DNA of 64,000 bases from Candidatus Delongbacteria bacterium (GTDB taxonomy: Bacteria; CAIWAD01): assembly GCA_963663545.1 (NCBI GenBank), contig OY760505.1, positions 1,472,001 to 1,536,000 of the forward strand. Reading direction: 5' to 3'. The notes beneath the pieces are model-generated. The model searched no databases. It was not told the origin of the DNA and worked only from the letters and a program-made list of their open reading frames with translations. The translations under genes and the position numbers were made by a program. Positions 20,191 through 30,328 of the stretch are shown here, piece after piece (within the stretch, counting starts at the first letter, position 1; every line of letters starts with the position of its first letter).

Positions 20191-21422
20191 GGCTCCTCCC
20201 TATAAAGCAGAAATCTGCTACGCGTATCGCGGAATGTGATACAATCTTGCTTCATCGTCTTCAACAGGCTGGCTACGCCAGCCCCGCCCTGAAGCGCTAG
20301 ACGCGGTCGATCCGATCCCATTGCCCGATCAAACATGGTAGTCCGCTGCGATGGGCAGGTGAATAGATCCGCTCCCAACTGACTATTGTCCGCCAGAACC
20401 CGACACAACTCAAGCTGCATTTTTCCCGGATCGAAACATTCCGGATCAAGGACCAGAATACGCACGCCATGACAACGCTGATCAACCCAGCGGCCACTTG
20501 TCGGGCGGAAAGTCCATGGAATAAAGCGTACTCCATCTGCCCCCAGACCATTCAACCGGTTTGCTAAATCGCGGGCATTCAACTTTGGGTGTCCAACCAT
20601 GAAGAACGGACTGGCAGTCCCGACGGCCTCCGCGACAGTTCCCAATTCGCCAAGCGCGCCGGTGACAGCCATCCCGTATGCCGTGTCCCATGTGGGCACA
20701 TTGGGCGACGTGGGCACCCAGGGCAAACCAGTCTCCGGAAAGCTCATATTGCGCGACCAGCCCGCAACCGGAATCACGCGCAACCGGCAATCAATACCAA
20801 ACTCGCTGTTGAAAAGAAGCGCCAACTCACCCACCGTCATACCGTGCACATAGGGCACTGGATAAGGACCGATAAAGCTGGCCCATTCAGGCTCCAACAT
20901 CAACCCGCTGACCAGCTGACCACCCAACGGATTGGGACGATCCAGGACAATCACCTCGATATTGGCGGATCTTGCGGCCTTCATCACCTCGGCTAGAGTG
21001 GAAACGTAGGTATACGGACGAATGCCGATATCCTGGATATCGAAGAGAATTTGATCCAGCCCACTCAGCAATGCAGGATCGATAAGACGAGCCCCGTGAT
21101 ACAAACTCGTCACTACCAGGCCTGTGCTCTCGTGAACAGCATTCTCAATTCTCTCGCCAGCGAGTCCGGTGCCATCAATTCCGTGTTCCGGAGCAAACAA
21201 GCGAACGAGCGACACCTCCGGCTTACCATAGAGCAGGTCAATACTGCTGTTTCCTAGATGGTCGATGCCCGTCTGATTCGTAACAAGACCCACACGCTTG
21301 CCATTGACAACAGCCAAGGAATCCCTAAGCAAAACCTCAATGCCGGGTCGAACTCTCGCAAAAACGGTTTGTGAAATGAATAGAACAGCAATCAACAGTA
21401 AGGTAGAAAGCTTGTGTATCAC
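20187..21422 (-). CDS. DUF1343 / NamZ-like exo-beta-N-acetylmuramidase
   Basis: GLVTNQTG, FAPEHG, FDIQDIG.R.YTY, LDRPNP, HGMTVGELA, WVPTSPN. Confidence 0.9.
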   Translation of the reverse strand: MIHKLSTLLLIAVLFISQTVFARVRPGIEVLLRDSLAVVNGKRVGLVTNQTGIDHLGNSSIDLLYGKPEVSLVRLFAPEHGIDGTGLAGERIENAVHESTGLVVTSLYHGARLIDPALLSGLDQILFDIQDIGIRPYTYVSTLAEVMKAARSANIEVIVLDRPNPLGGQLVSGLMLEPEWASFIGPYPVPYVHGMTVGELALLFNSEFGIDCRLRVIPVAGWSRNMSFPETGLPWVPTSPNVPTWDTAYGMAVTGALGELGTVAEAVGTASPFFMVGHPKLNARDLANRLNGLGADGVRFIPWTFRPTSGRWVDQRCHGVRILVLDPECFDPGKMQLELCRVLADNSQLGADLFTCPSQRTTMFDRAMGSDRPRLALQGGAGVASLLKTMKQDCITFRDTRSRFLLYREEP

Positions 21423-22894
21423 GGTGCCTCTCGATCTTGCTCAGCCATCCAGCCCATGACCTTGTTCACAATCTGGTCTCGCAGCTGCTGCGCTTGCCGA
21501 TTTCCAGCAAAAGGACCTTGCAGCACAAGAGAAATGACGGCTACGGGCGTTTCGTCCCTGACAATATAGCCAGCAAGACTTCTAAGCCCACGCAAAGAGC
21601 CACTCTTTGCGAGAAGATCGTAGCCCGTGGTTCTCGAGATATCACAGCTGTGAAGTGTTCCTTCAACTCCGGCTCGAGGTAGAAGTACAAGCGGGAAGCC
21701 GCCGCTTTCGATGGATTCAAGAATGTCACACATCAACGCACAGTGAAGGCGGTTGTAACGCGACATTCCCGATCCGTCCACAACGACAAAATCGCTCGTG
21801 ATACAAAGGCTATCGCGTACCCACGCTTGTACAATCTCGCTGGATCTCTCCCATGAACCCACGCCATCTCGCATCGCAGATAGCTCAAGAAAGATGTTGT
21901 CTGCAGCCAAATTCCAACTGTTTGTCAGACAAGTGTCGACGATATTCGACAGCGGAGGGCTGTACAATGATAATGTGTCCATGAACTGGAATCTGTGATA
22001 CACGGGATTCAGGGTTGGCAACTCACTGCAGATTCCGGCAGAATCAAGACTCTGTTGCAACAGGTTCACAAACAAGATCTCGGGTTGTGATACATTGGCA
22101 AATGGTGTTACAAAGTCGCCCCAGAACCTTTCCTGCCTGGAGGAACACCGCCAGCTCTTCTCACCCGATACCACCAGAAAGCGCTCAATGCCTTCCCGCC
22201 AATCCCGCATCAAACGCGGTCGGTAAATTCCGGTGAGAAATCTGTGCTCGACGGTGTAGGCATTACACGCATTTAAGAGCAGCGGCGAGTCTCCATACAG
22301 CAACAAGCAGTTCCCGTCAATCGTGGAAGCCGAAGGACGTGCAGCCCAGGCCCCGTCGCCGTCGTCCCACATCCATCCAGGACCTAACCCGAGACCCAAG
22401 TACCGACCGTAACACAACTCAACACCTGCTGATAGAGTATCGATGTTTCTTGAGTCCAGCCTAGCAATCAGACTGTCCAAACCACGATGCGTAAGCGTGG
22501 GATCCCCACCAGGCATGACATGCAGCGGCGTCATTAGCGCGCATCTTCCGTCGGAAAGCGTATCACAGCTAGCCTCGGCGAAGGCGAGCATCGTCGTAAA
22601 GCAATAGTCAGACGTGAGCAGATCAAGAGCAGCAGCGCATGTAATCAGCTTCTGCGTACTGGCAGGAGCACATCGAATCAATGCGTTATGTGAAACAATG
22701 GTTCGATTTGTCGCCGGTGCAAAACGGGGTAGCCAGCGCACTTCCATACATAGCATCACGCTATCAGGAACAAGCTCCAGGCAATGCTCCGATAATGTCG
22801 GTGTGATACAATTCTCTTGCAGACCCCTGTCTCGTGACATCGCCCACAGGTGTGTCACAGCAAGCAACACAAGCAGTATCCGGAGCATCGACAT
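21419..22894 (-). CDS. dacB: D-Ala-D-Ala carboxypeptidase/endopeptidase (PBP4)
   Basis: PASTQK (SxxK), GGDPTL, SWN, DGSGMSRYN, AKSG. Confidence 0.85.
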   Translation of the reverse strand: MSMLRILLVLLAVTHLWAMSRDRGLQENCITPTLSEHCLELVPDSVMLCMEVRWLPRFAPATNRTIVSHNALIRCAPASTQKLITCAAALDLLTSDYCFTTMLAFAEASCDTLSDGRCALMTPLHVMPGGDPTLTHRGLDSLIARLDSRNIDTLSAGVELCYGRYLGLGLGPGWMWDDGDGAWAARPSASTIDGNCLLLYGDSPLLLNACNAYTVEHRFLTGIYRPRLMRDWREGIERFLVVSGEKSWRCSSRQERFWGDFVTPFANVSQPEILFVNLLQQSLDSAGICSELPTLNPVYHRFQFMDTLSLYSPPLSNIVDTCLTNSWNLAADNIFLELSAMRDGVGSWERSSEIVQAWVRDSLCITSDFVVVDGSGMSRYNRLHCALMCDILESIESGGFPLVLLPRAGVEGTLHSCDISRTTGYDLLAKSGSLRGLRSLAGYIVRDETPVAVISLVLQGPFAGNRQAQQLRDQIVNKVMGWMAEQDREAP

Positions 22895-24390
22895 TATTGA
22901 TTGTTCAGCATAACACGCCTGGCAATAGCCTGATGGCGGATTCTGGTTTTATTGGCAATCTTCATCTCGGCACTACGGCGAACATCCGTGTTGTCAGGAT
23001 GACGACGATAGCGATACAAGATTTCGTGGATTTTGCCAACCTCGTATCGCTCGGCTACGCGTGCCACCAAATCATAATCCTCCGCAAAATCGCCGTACCG
23101 CTCTTCATCAAATCCGCCGAGCTCCTGTATCACACTCTTCTGCCAAACTCTTACCGCACCGGCACCATCAACCCGCAGATGGTTGTTTGGGTCATACTCC
23201 AAATGCTTGATGATGCCGAATTCAGGAAGCGACTCACCTGACTCTTCCATCAACTCGTAATACGAAATCGCCAGGCCCCAATTTGGATGGGCATCCAAGT
23301 GTTGCACCGCAGAGGCTAGCGTCCGCGGTGTGTATTCGTCATCGGAATCCAATTGGGCAATCAGACGGCCCCTCGAGTTCTTCACACCAAGATTCAGCGC
23401 TCTGGCAATCACATTTCGGTCATTCTCAACAAGACGAACCCGTGGGTCCTTGGCTGACCACTCGCGTACTACATCCGCGGATGCATCTTCAGAGCAGTTG
23501 TTGACACATAGGATTTCAAAATCCTGCCATTCCCCGCGTATCACACTTGAAATAGCCTTACCTATGAAGCGTTCGCGGTTCCAGAAGGGAATGACCACAC
23601 TGACGGTAACTTCGGCGCTGTGATCCATTTTGACACTGGCGGGGGAGTGAGACAGATAAGCGCCACGCCGCCGCAAATAGTTCTTGAAAGCAGTTTCAAA
23701 TTCCATCTCTTCTGCCGGGCCATAAAAGAGGTAGGTGAATCCCCCTTGCGGACCTTCTCCCGGCGAGAAGACCTTGCTTGCTCCCAGACTTCGAGCTTGC
23801 TGATCCTCACCAGCGCGGGGGAAAATGGTACACAACTCCTGCTCAATGCAGGGAATGCTCCATTCGTCTGTGATACGCAGACGAAAGTCATACTCTTGTG
23901 CTGTGTTAAAGGCTGGATCATAACCACCAGCCTCGCTATAAGCTTTCCAGGAAATCGCCAGCAGCGGACCAAAACTGACTCGCTCCGTGAGATCTCCAGG
24001 ATAGAGGCGCGGCTTGATCAGTTTCCCACCTGCGGCATCATCGAGTTTAGCCTCTCGATACCACCCGTAGCAAGCACCAACGCCACGGACGGCCAGTGTA
24101 TCACGCATTAACCGCAGGGCTTCTGGCGCTAATACACACCCTTCCGGCAGCTCTAGCAATAACCCTCCAGGCCAGTGACGGAAGACGTAATACTTCATCT
24201 GGGCCAGGTTGCGAAACTCGTCATGTATCACCGTGACACGAGGATCAGGGATTGCCGGTAGTACGTCTCTTTTTCCGTTCGTGCAAAGAACAGCGCAGAA
24301 GTCAAGGTTCTGCTTCAACAAACTGTCAATTGTGCGGTGGGCCTCTTCGCCTCCGGTCAGCACAGGGATCAGAATTGTTAGCTGATTCAT
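22894..24390 (-). CDS. Glycosyltransferase family 2 (two GT-A domains)
   Basis: VSVVIP..NR, LDSDD, GGFDE, EDYDL; N-terminal degenerate copy. Confidence 0.85.
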   Translation of the reverse strand: MNQLTILIPVLTGGEEAHRTIDSLLKQNLDFCAVLCTNGKRDVLPAIPDPRVTVIHDEFRNLAQMKYYVFRHWPGGLLLELPEGCVLAPEALRLMRDTLAVRGVGACYGWYREAKLDDAAGGKLIKPRLYPGDLTERVSFGPLLAISWKAYSEAGGYDPAFNTAQEYDFRLRITDEWSIPCIEQELCTIFPRAGEDQQARSLGASKVFSPGEGPQGGFTYLFYGPAEEMEFETAFKNYLRRRGAYLSHSPASVKMDHSAEVTVSVVIPFWNRERFIGKAISSVIRGEWQDFEILCVNNCSEDASADVVREWSAKDPRVRLVENDRNVIARALNLGVKNSRGRLIAQLDSDDEYTPRTLASAVQHLDAHPNWGLAISYYELMEESGESLPEFGIIKHLEYDPNNHLRVDGAGAVRVWQKSVIQELGGFDEERYGDFAEDYDLVARVAERYEVGKIHEILYRYRRHPDNTDVRRSAEMKIANKTRIRHQAIARRVMLNNQ

Positions 24391-24466
24391 GAATCTCCAA
24401 GAGCTTTGTGATACACAGACTTCAAGATTGCAAATCCTCAGGAATCACCAGTGTCCACGTAAAATG

Positions 24467-24491
24467 AAACGGGGCGCCAAAAGCGCCCCGT
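24467..24491 (-). terminator. Intrinsic terminator
   Basis: ACGGGGCGC-CAAAA-GCGCCCCGT. Confidence 0.7.
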
Positions 24492-24513
24492 AGCAGAATC
24501 TTTGAGAGTGGTC

Positions 24514-26667
24514 TTACTTGACCAACACCATTTTGTGCAGGCTTGTGTACTCGCCAGCATGAATGCGATAGAAGTACATACCACTGGCCAGTGCGCTGGC
24601 ATCCATCACTACCTCGTAGCGACCAGCTGCCTGGTTCTGATTGACCAGAGTAAGAACCTCAGCACCCAGCACATTGTAGACCTTCAGGCTTACATCGCTT
24701 GCCGTGGGCAGCGTGTAGGCAATGGTTGTCGTCGGGTTGAAGGGGTTCGGATAGTTCTGCTCAAGGCTGAACTCGGCAGGAACCGTTGCGTCAGCAACGC
24801 CGACACACACCGGTCCATCCACGTAGGTGTACTCGGAAACGTTGTTATGCACGTCTACAGCGGCGATTTCATATTCAAAGTGGTCGCCGGTATCACATAC
24901 TAACTCATTCCAATCAGCACTGTGGGTGAAATCGGTACTGCTACCTGCGTAGACAACCTCGCCATCACCGGCACCATTCAAACGGGCTCTGACAACGTAG
25001 TGATCAAAATCAACCGCGGTGCAGGCATCCCAAGCAACATCTGTCAGCAAGTGATCCGGATTCTCGCCGGTTCCCCACAGCTCTTCCCAGGTCGGAGAAT
25101 AGTCAAACTGTTCAGCTGAAGTGAAGCTCGTGACAGCAGCAGGTGCCAGGTTGTCAACCGACCAACCCTCGTAAACACCCGAGTAGGCAATCATGGCCAT
25201 GTAGTGAGTGGTTACGTAGAAGCTGGTGATTCCCGGGTTGTCCACGTCGACAGAGTCAACAATGGTCGGGACTTGGACGAAATAGTTGTCCATGCCGCCA
25301 GTGGCCAGAATGGAGTTCACGAAGACCGGAATCTCGCCGTCCATGCGCCAAATACCATAGGCACTAATGGGATTGATGGCCGACCCATCATTCGGTGAGG
25401 GAGCTACTTCAATATAGACGCAACCACCCTGATCGTTGGGAATATCATAGACGCCAGCGATCTCGGCGGACAGCAGAACGTTGTGCTGATCAAAGGGCAG
25501 GGCGCCGATATCCTTGGGAGTTCCATCGGGATCGTCGTCAACCGAAATGATGGACACGTCGATCAGGCAGCTGATCTCTTCGGGATCCTCAACACTCCAG
25601 AAGGAGATGTTGTAGTCATGATTCTCGCGATCAACAAATCCCGGGTCGCAAGTGTAGGCAACAGCACCGGGATCCAAACCGTCTAGCGGATAGAAAGCCG
25701 AATACTGCATCGTGGAAATTTCGTCATCCACGGATACGAAGCTACCATAGGCAAAGAGGGTGTAGTATCCACCAACGGCACAGCCTGTGGCGATGTAGGC
25801 ATTCTGGCCTTCGCCATCGGCGGTATTGTCGACAAAGGTGCAGGAATGCATCATGGCCGTGCCGCCAATGACATTGATTCCACCACCATTACCCGTGGTG
25901 TGGTTGTCGTACACCAAGCAGTAGCGCATAATGACATGATTGGCAACATTCACTGCACTCGCACCTTCTACTCCCGTGATAATCGCGTGGTTGATATAAC
26001 CATCGCCTGTCTCGGAGAGCTCGATACCCAGCCAGTCCATGCCGCCGAAGTGGACTTTGGAGTCCATCTCGCCGTTGACTTCGATATCACCATTCACAAT
26101 GATCTTGTAAGCGCCAGTAGAATAGACGTGGATACCGGGATCGATAACCAGAGTCTCGCCTTCGGGAACGATGAAGTCTTCTGTCAAAGCGACCTCGCCG
26201 TCAACAATGGCCGGGTTGTCCCATGTCCACTCATATCCATAGCTCACCGGTACGCAGCCATCTCCGGGGGGGACCTCAACTGTCGGACCGGGCATGGGGA
26301 TACCATCTACGTACCAGAAGGTCTCGGGCTCAAAAGTCCCGACCATGTGATACGCAAAACCAGGTCCCTCGAAATCAACGGTGAGCGAATCGAAATAGAA
26401 AAAGGACATAGCGTTATCCTGAGCCAACTTGAACCGGAACACCGGGGGATAGCCACCAATACCAATGTACTCGGCATCGTAGACCGCAGTGACTCCCGTT
26501 AGGTACTGACTGAGATAGGCGGTTGATGTCACCGGTGCACATGTCTCACCGTTCCAACACTCAACACCTGTCTCCATTCCATCGACAGGTACGTACCATA
26601 GGACTTCAGCGCTGGCAACGCTAAAGCCTATCAAGGCCGCACAAAGGATTCCAAGGATCTTCTTCAT
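24514..26667 (-). CDS. Secreted acidic protein with beta-helix-like region and T9SS type A sorting domain
   Basis: Signal peptide MKKILG; DIGALPF; C-terminal QNYPNPFNPTTTI...LASGMYFY...KMVLVK. Confidence 0.85.
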   Translation of the reverse strand: MKKILGILCAALIGFSVASAEVLWYVPVDGMETGVECWNGETCAPVTSTAYLSQYLTGVTAVYDAEYIGIGGYPPVFRFKLAQDNAMSFFYFDSLTVDFEGPGFAYHMVGTFEPETFWYVDGIPMPGPTVEVPPGDGCVPVSYGYEWTWDNPAIVDGEVALTEDFIVPEGETLVIDPGIHVYSTGAYKIIVNGDIEVNGEMDSKVHFGGMDWLGIELSETGDGYINHAIITGVEGASAVNVANHVIMRYCLVYDNHTTGNGGGINVIGGTAMMHSCTFVDNTADGEGQNAYIATGCAVGGYYTLFAYGSFVSVDDEISTMQYSAFYPLDGLDPGAVAYTCDPGFVDRENHDYNISFWSVEDPEEISCLIDVSIISVDDDPDGTPKDIGALPFDQHNVLLSAEIAGVYDIPNDQGGCVYIEVAPSPNDGSAINPISAYGIWRMDGEIPVFVNSILATGGMDNYFVQVPTIVDSVDVDNPGITSFYVTTHYMAMIAYSGVYEGWSVDNLAPAAVTSFTSAEQFDYSPTWEELWGTGENPDHLLTDVAWDACTAVDFDHYVVRARLNGAGDGEVVYAGSSTDFTHSADWNELVCDTGDHFEYEIAAVDVHNNVSEYTYVDGPVCVGVADATVPAEFSLEQNYPNPFNPTTTIAYTLPTASDVSLKVYNVLGAEVLTLVNQNQAAGRYEVVMDASALASGMYFYRIHAGEYTSLHKMVLVK

Positions 26668-26699
26668 GTTTGTCTCCAATACTCCGATGTCTTGCTGTT

Positions 26700-27272
26700 T
26701 CAACGCACAGGCAGGGGTTTCCAGTCGCTGAAGCTCACCATATCGCCGTTGACACTGTTAAACCCTGGCTGGCATTCCCATAGCTGTGAATCAGTGTAAT
26801 ACGTCGCCAATTCTGGATCATCGTTGTTGAATACACGGACAATCACATTCTCCCAGACCTGAACCCGGTTATCCGTGGGCACTGTTTTCTCCATGCGAAC
26901 CGTAGCCAAGATATCAATCAGGCCTGGCATCGAATTGAGATAGCTCTTGTGCCGTCCCGTGTTGTAGAACTCATTACGTTCTTGGACGACGTCGTCGCCA
27001 TCTGTGGCAAAAGGCAAATCCACCTCGCCATTCACGATAATGAGTTCAAGATAGCGACCCGTCAAGGGAGCACCGGTCTCCGGGTCGTTTAGGTAGATCT
27101 CCCCGAACTGGCACAGACCATCAAATCCCGGCGAAGATTTTGGTGTGCTGACAGCGACCTCTTCGGCTTGCTCACCAACTTCCGGTGCTTTCGTCTCCTG
27201 ACAAAAGCAAAAGGACGCCAACGCCAAGCTTGCCATGAGGAACGCTGCTGAGAATTTGTTTTGCGGACTCAT
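26700..27272 (-). CDS. Hypothetical secreted protein
   Basis: Signal-peptide-like N-terminus; no recognised domain. Confidence 0.65.
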   Translation of the reverse strand: MSPQNKFSAAFLMASLALASFCFCQETKAPEVGEQAEEVAVSTPKSSPGFDGLCQFGEIYLNDPETGAPLTGRYLELIIVNGEVDLPFATDGDDVVQERNEFYNTGRHKSYLNSMPGLIDILATVRMEKTVPTDNRVQVWENVIVRVFNNDDPELATYYTDSQLWECQPGFNSVNGDMVSFSDWKPLPVR

Positions 27273-27458
27273 TGAATTGCTGCCAATCAATTGTGGAGTA
27301 CAACCGCTGAGTTTAGCATTCTGCCAAGTACCGCACAATAGCTCAAGCCTTCACCGGAGAAGTCCTGCTTGGTTTCACTTGACCATACGGGGGGAGGAGA
27401 CAAGAATATCCAGCTATTACGGGCCTCGCTACTGGTGAGCACATGTGGGTGGATACAA

Positions 27459-27488
27459 CAAAGACCGCCCGACTAGGTCGGGCGGTCT
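27459..27488 (-). terminator. Intrinsic terminator
   Basis: AGACCGCCCGAC-TAG-GTCGGGCGGTCT followed by T run on the minus strand. Confidence 0.8.
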
Positions 27489-27519
27489 CGTATTCACAAT
27501 TCAGATGCCGTCTCGATCG

Positions 27520-28212
27520 TTACTTGATCAGAGCCATCTTCTTGGTAGCAGTGAAGCCCTCGGCCTCGATGCTGTACAGATACATGCCGCTGGAAAGAGC
27601 GGAGGCATCAAAGGTAACCTGGTGCGCGCCGCGCTCCATGTTGCCATTCACCAGTGTCGCCACTTCCTGACCGGCCAGGTTGTAGACCTTCAAAGTGGTC
27701 ATACCAGCATTCTCCAAGGAGAACTCGATGGTCGTGGTCGGGTTGAAGGGGTTCGGATAGGCGTCGGCCAATGCGAACTCGACGGGCTGCTCAACGACAC
27801 CGGCGGTACCACCGCACGTTCCCAGGGGCTCGAACAGCAGGTCGGGACCCACGGGCGGTGTCTCGGGATTATTCGACCAATCATAGGGAACGGGCAGCAC
27901 ATACTCACCTACCAGGGGCTCAGTCGCATCCGGGCAATAGGCAGTCAGGGTACCGCTAATGATGCTACCCATGTTATAGGCAGCCTCATGAGACATGTCG
28001 AAGCAATAGATGTCAGCAGCGTTGACGAAGGTCAGCGTGGTGGCAACATCAAAGTCGAACATGCCGAGGACGTTCAGGTGCAGCAGCAGGTCAACGTTCT
28101 CGTTCGGAATCTCGTCCGGAATGGCCGAACCGGGGACGAACACGCGCGTATCAGCAGCCATCACCATGGTGCTCAGGCTCAGGATAGCAGCAGAAATCAG
28201 AAGCTTTTTCAT
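27520..28212 (-). CDS. Small secreted protein with T9SS type A sorting domain
   Basis: Signal peptide; AYPNPFNPTTTI...LSSGMYLY...KKMALIK. Confidence 0.88.
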   Translation of the reverse strand: MKKLLISAAILSLSTMVMAADTRVFVPGSAIPDEIPNENVDLLLHLNVLGMFDFDVATTLTFVNAADIYCFDMSHEAAYNMGSIISGTLTAYCPDATEPLVGEYVLPVPYDWSNNPETPPVGPDLLFEPLGTCGGTAGVVEQPVEFALADAYPNPFNPTTTIEFSLENAGMTTLKVYNLAGQEVATLVNGNMERGAHQVTFDASALSSGMYLYSIEAEGFTATKKMALIK

Positions 28213-28245
28213 TGGATTTCTCCTTCGGAATTATGTCTTAGGGTT

Positions 28246-28920
28246 TTAGTTGATCGTACGGACTTTGGCGCGGCTGACCTTCTTGACCTGAACGGGGGCG
28301 ACGGCCACCGGGGCACCACCAATGGTGTACTCCCAAACGTGCTCAGTCGCGGCCTTGATCAGATAAGCTTCACCGGCAAGAAAATCGACAGCGTACACAC
28401 CAGCGGTCTTTGTGAAGGGGCTCCAGCCACCCGTCTCCCAAGCAAAGATCTTGTCGCCATCAGCCAATCCCAGACCCAGATCATCGGTGTCCAGATCGAT
28501 ATCCATCGGCAGTGGGTTACCCCAAGCAGCGATACCAGCCGGGATTGTACCCATGGCAACCGTGGTGCCTTCCGGAATGACATCACCAGCAATCACGAGG
28601 CTCTGGTTGCTACCGCTTGTATTATTGTACAGGCAAGCAACGCCCGGCTCAAAGGTGAGGGTACTCCAGTTCGAGTAAGGATACTGCGACCAGCCGCCGT
28701 TCTCCCACTTGTAGATCTTGTCGCCGGCGGAACCCTGGCCACTGATGTAATCCAGAGCATTCACGGACGGACCTGCACCGATCGGGCAGGGGGCGAAGGT
28801 GCTGAAACCGGCTTCCAGAGTCTGGCTGATGAAGCCAACGGTGTTAGAAGGATCGGACTCGATAGCGAAAGCCGCTACCGCAAACACGCTCGTCAAAGCA
28901 ACTGCAAGAATCTTCTTCAT
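28246..28920 (-). CDS. Hypothetical secreted protein with internal duplication
   Basis: Signal peptide; repeated GDKIYKWENGGWS / GDKIFAWETGGWS modules. Confidence 0.8.
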   Translation of the reverse strand: MKKILAVALTSVFAVAAFAIESDPSNTVGFISQTLEAGFSTFAPCPIGAGPSVNALDYISGQGSAGDKIYKWENGGWSQYPYSNWSTLTFEPGVACLYNNTSGSNQSLVIAGDVIPEGTTVAMGTIPAGIAAWGNPLPMDIDLDTDDLGLGLADGDKIFAWETGGWSPFTKTAGVYAVDFLAGEAYLIKAATEHVWEYTIGGAPVAVAPVQVKKVSRAKVRTIN

Positions 28921-29010
28921 TTCTCTTCTCCTTTTTCGCGCAACCGCGAGTCTATCGGAATCTGTCTAATTTCAATTCGTAGGTCAGCTCACGCTGACGT
29001 AACCGGAATT

Positions 29011-29025
29011 GCAACCAACATGCCA
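29011..29025 (-). promoter_or_regulatory. Sigma-54 (-24/-12) promoter
   Basis: Minus strand TGGCAT-GTTGG-TTGC; IHF consensus AATCAACAGATTA at 29089-29101. Confidence 0.7.
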
Positions 29026-29205
29026 GAATTCCAAATAGAACTCGACAGGCCCGAAACCGGGGGCAAGAATAGCACTGTTCCTCATTAGAATCAACAGATT
29101 AGTAATCATTTATGCCAATTCTCCAGATCATCCCTCACTGACAAAGCTGAAAATATCGCAGCGAAAGCAGCTGAAATGTGACCTGGATCCCAAAAAAGGT
29201 GTGAC

Positions 29206-30327
29206 TCAAAACTCCTTGTGTGACTGCAGAGTCACGCGACTAGGGCTACACAGAGTCACATCGGACGAATCGCCAGCCAAAGCCGACACTAGCCAGGAAG
29301 CCAAACCCCAGGCAAGTCCCAGATTGGATTCCTGAAAAGCAGTCAGCAGCCAGCACTTCGAGTTAAGCTCACGCCGCCCGACGAGCGGAAGGCTGTCCAC
29401 GGCCAAAGAAACAGCCAGGCTCCACGCTGCCTGTTGAAGAACGCCTTGCATTCTGGGCAAGCGCTGACTAAGTGCCTCCAGCGGTTGTCCCGACCCCTCC
29501 ATCGGCCCACTTACCAGTACCTCGCCCCGGCCCCCTTGTCGACAGCTCAGACCCAGCGACAGCAAGTGCATCCCCATCGGATACATCTTATGCACGCGTT
29601 CACTCTGATTGATCTGGATCTGCACTCGTGGCAAAGCAGATTCATCGCCATGTTCCCGTGCATCCACCCAGTTTTGCGCTGCAAGCCTTTTCCCCACGCG
29701 GGAGGTAAACTCGCCGTCCGCGTGTGGGGCCCACAGGTCCTCACCAACAAGTCCGCCTCGGTCGCAAAACTCGTCAAGGAGCGCATACCACAAATAGCCA
29801 GGGTCTACAGCAGAGTCGTCCGCGATGTAAAGGGCATTGTCAAGTGAACACTGCCCCATGCGCTTCTGAAGCTGGTCTGCATCCCAAAACTGCGCCCGAC
29901 ACCCATCGCCATTCAGCCGCGAAGCACTGCGCTCAAGATCTGCGGCCTCTGCCTCCGAGCATAGTGTCAGGCTGCCTGTGCGAAACCATCCAAGGTCATG
30001 CGGCATAGTGACGACCTTGTCATTCAACGCCTGCAGCGATTCACGGCCCAATTGACAAACATTGCGCACGAACTCGCGGCCATAGGTGACTGCTGCTTTT
30101 TCGTAATTGTACCAAGGGACTTGCCGTAGTAACCCAAGCCCTTGCAAGCTTGGTTCTTCAGACAATGGCCCCGTAGGCAAAAGAGCAACATGCAGTCCGC
30201 GCTCCTGTGCCTGAACAGCAACCATCAATGCCGGCAAACCTAGCCCGAGAATCGCGACATCCACAGAAGTGGGAAGCGGTGTGGATGCGGGCAGCGGAAG
30301 CTCGTCAAGCCAGGGACATCCAGCCAT
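29206..30327 (-). CDS. FAD-dependent oxidoreductase (DAO/PuuB-like, divergent)
   Basis: VDVAILGLGLPA (degenerate GxGxxG), TGSLTL, VDP, DSLPLVG. Confidence 0.65.
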   Translation of the reverse strand: MAGCPWLDELPLPASTPLPTSVDVAILGLGLPALMVAVQAQERGLHVALLPTGPLSEEPSLQGLGLLRQVPWYNYEKAAVTYGREFVRNVCQLGRESLQALNDKVVTMPHDLGWFRTGSLTLCSEAEAADLERSASRLNGDGCRAQFWDADQLQKRMGQCSLDNALYIADDSAVDPGYLWYALLDEFCDRGGLVGEDLWAPHADGEFTSRVGKRLAAQNWVDAREHGDESALPRVQIQINQSERVHKMYPMGMHLLSLGLSCRQGGRGEVLVSGPMEGSGQPLEALSQRLPRMQGVLQQAAWSLAVSLAVDSLPLVGRRELNSKCWLLTAFQESNLGLAWGLASWLVSALAGDSSDVTLCSPSRVTLQSHKEF

Positions 30328-30328
30328 C

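Noticed and set aside
27445..29088. 547-aa plus-strand ORF
   Set aside because: Antisense shadow of two well-supported minus-strand genes
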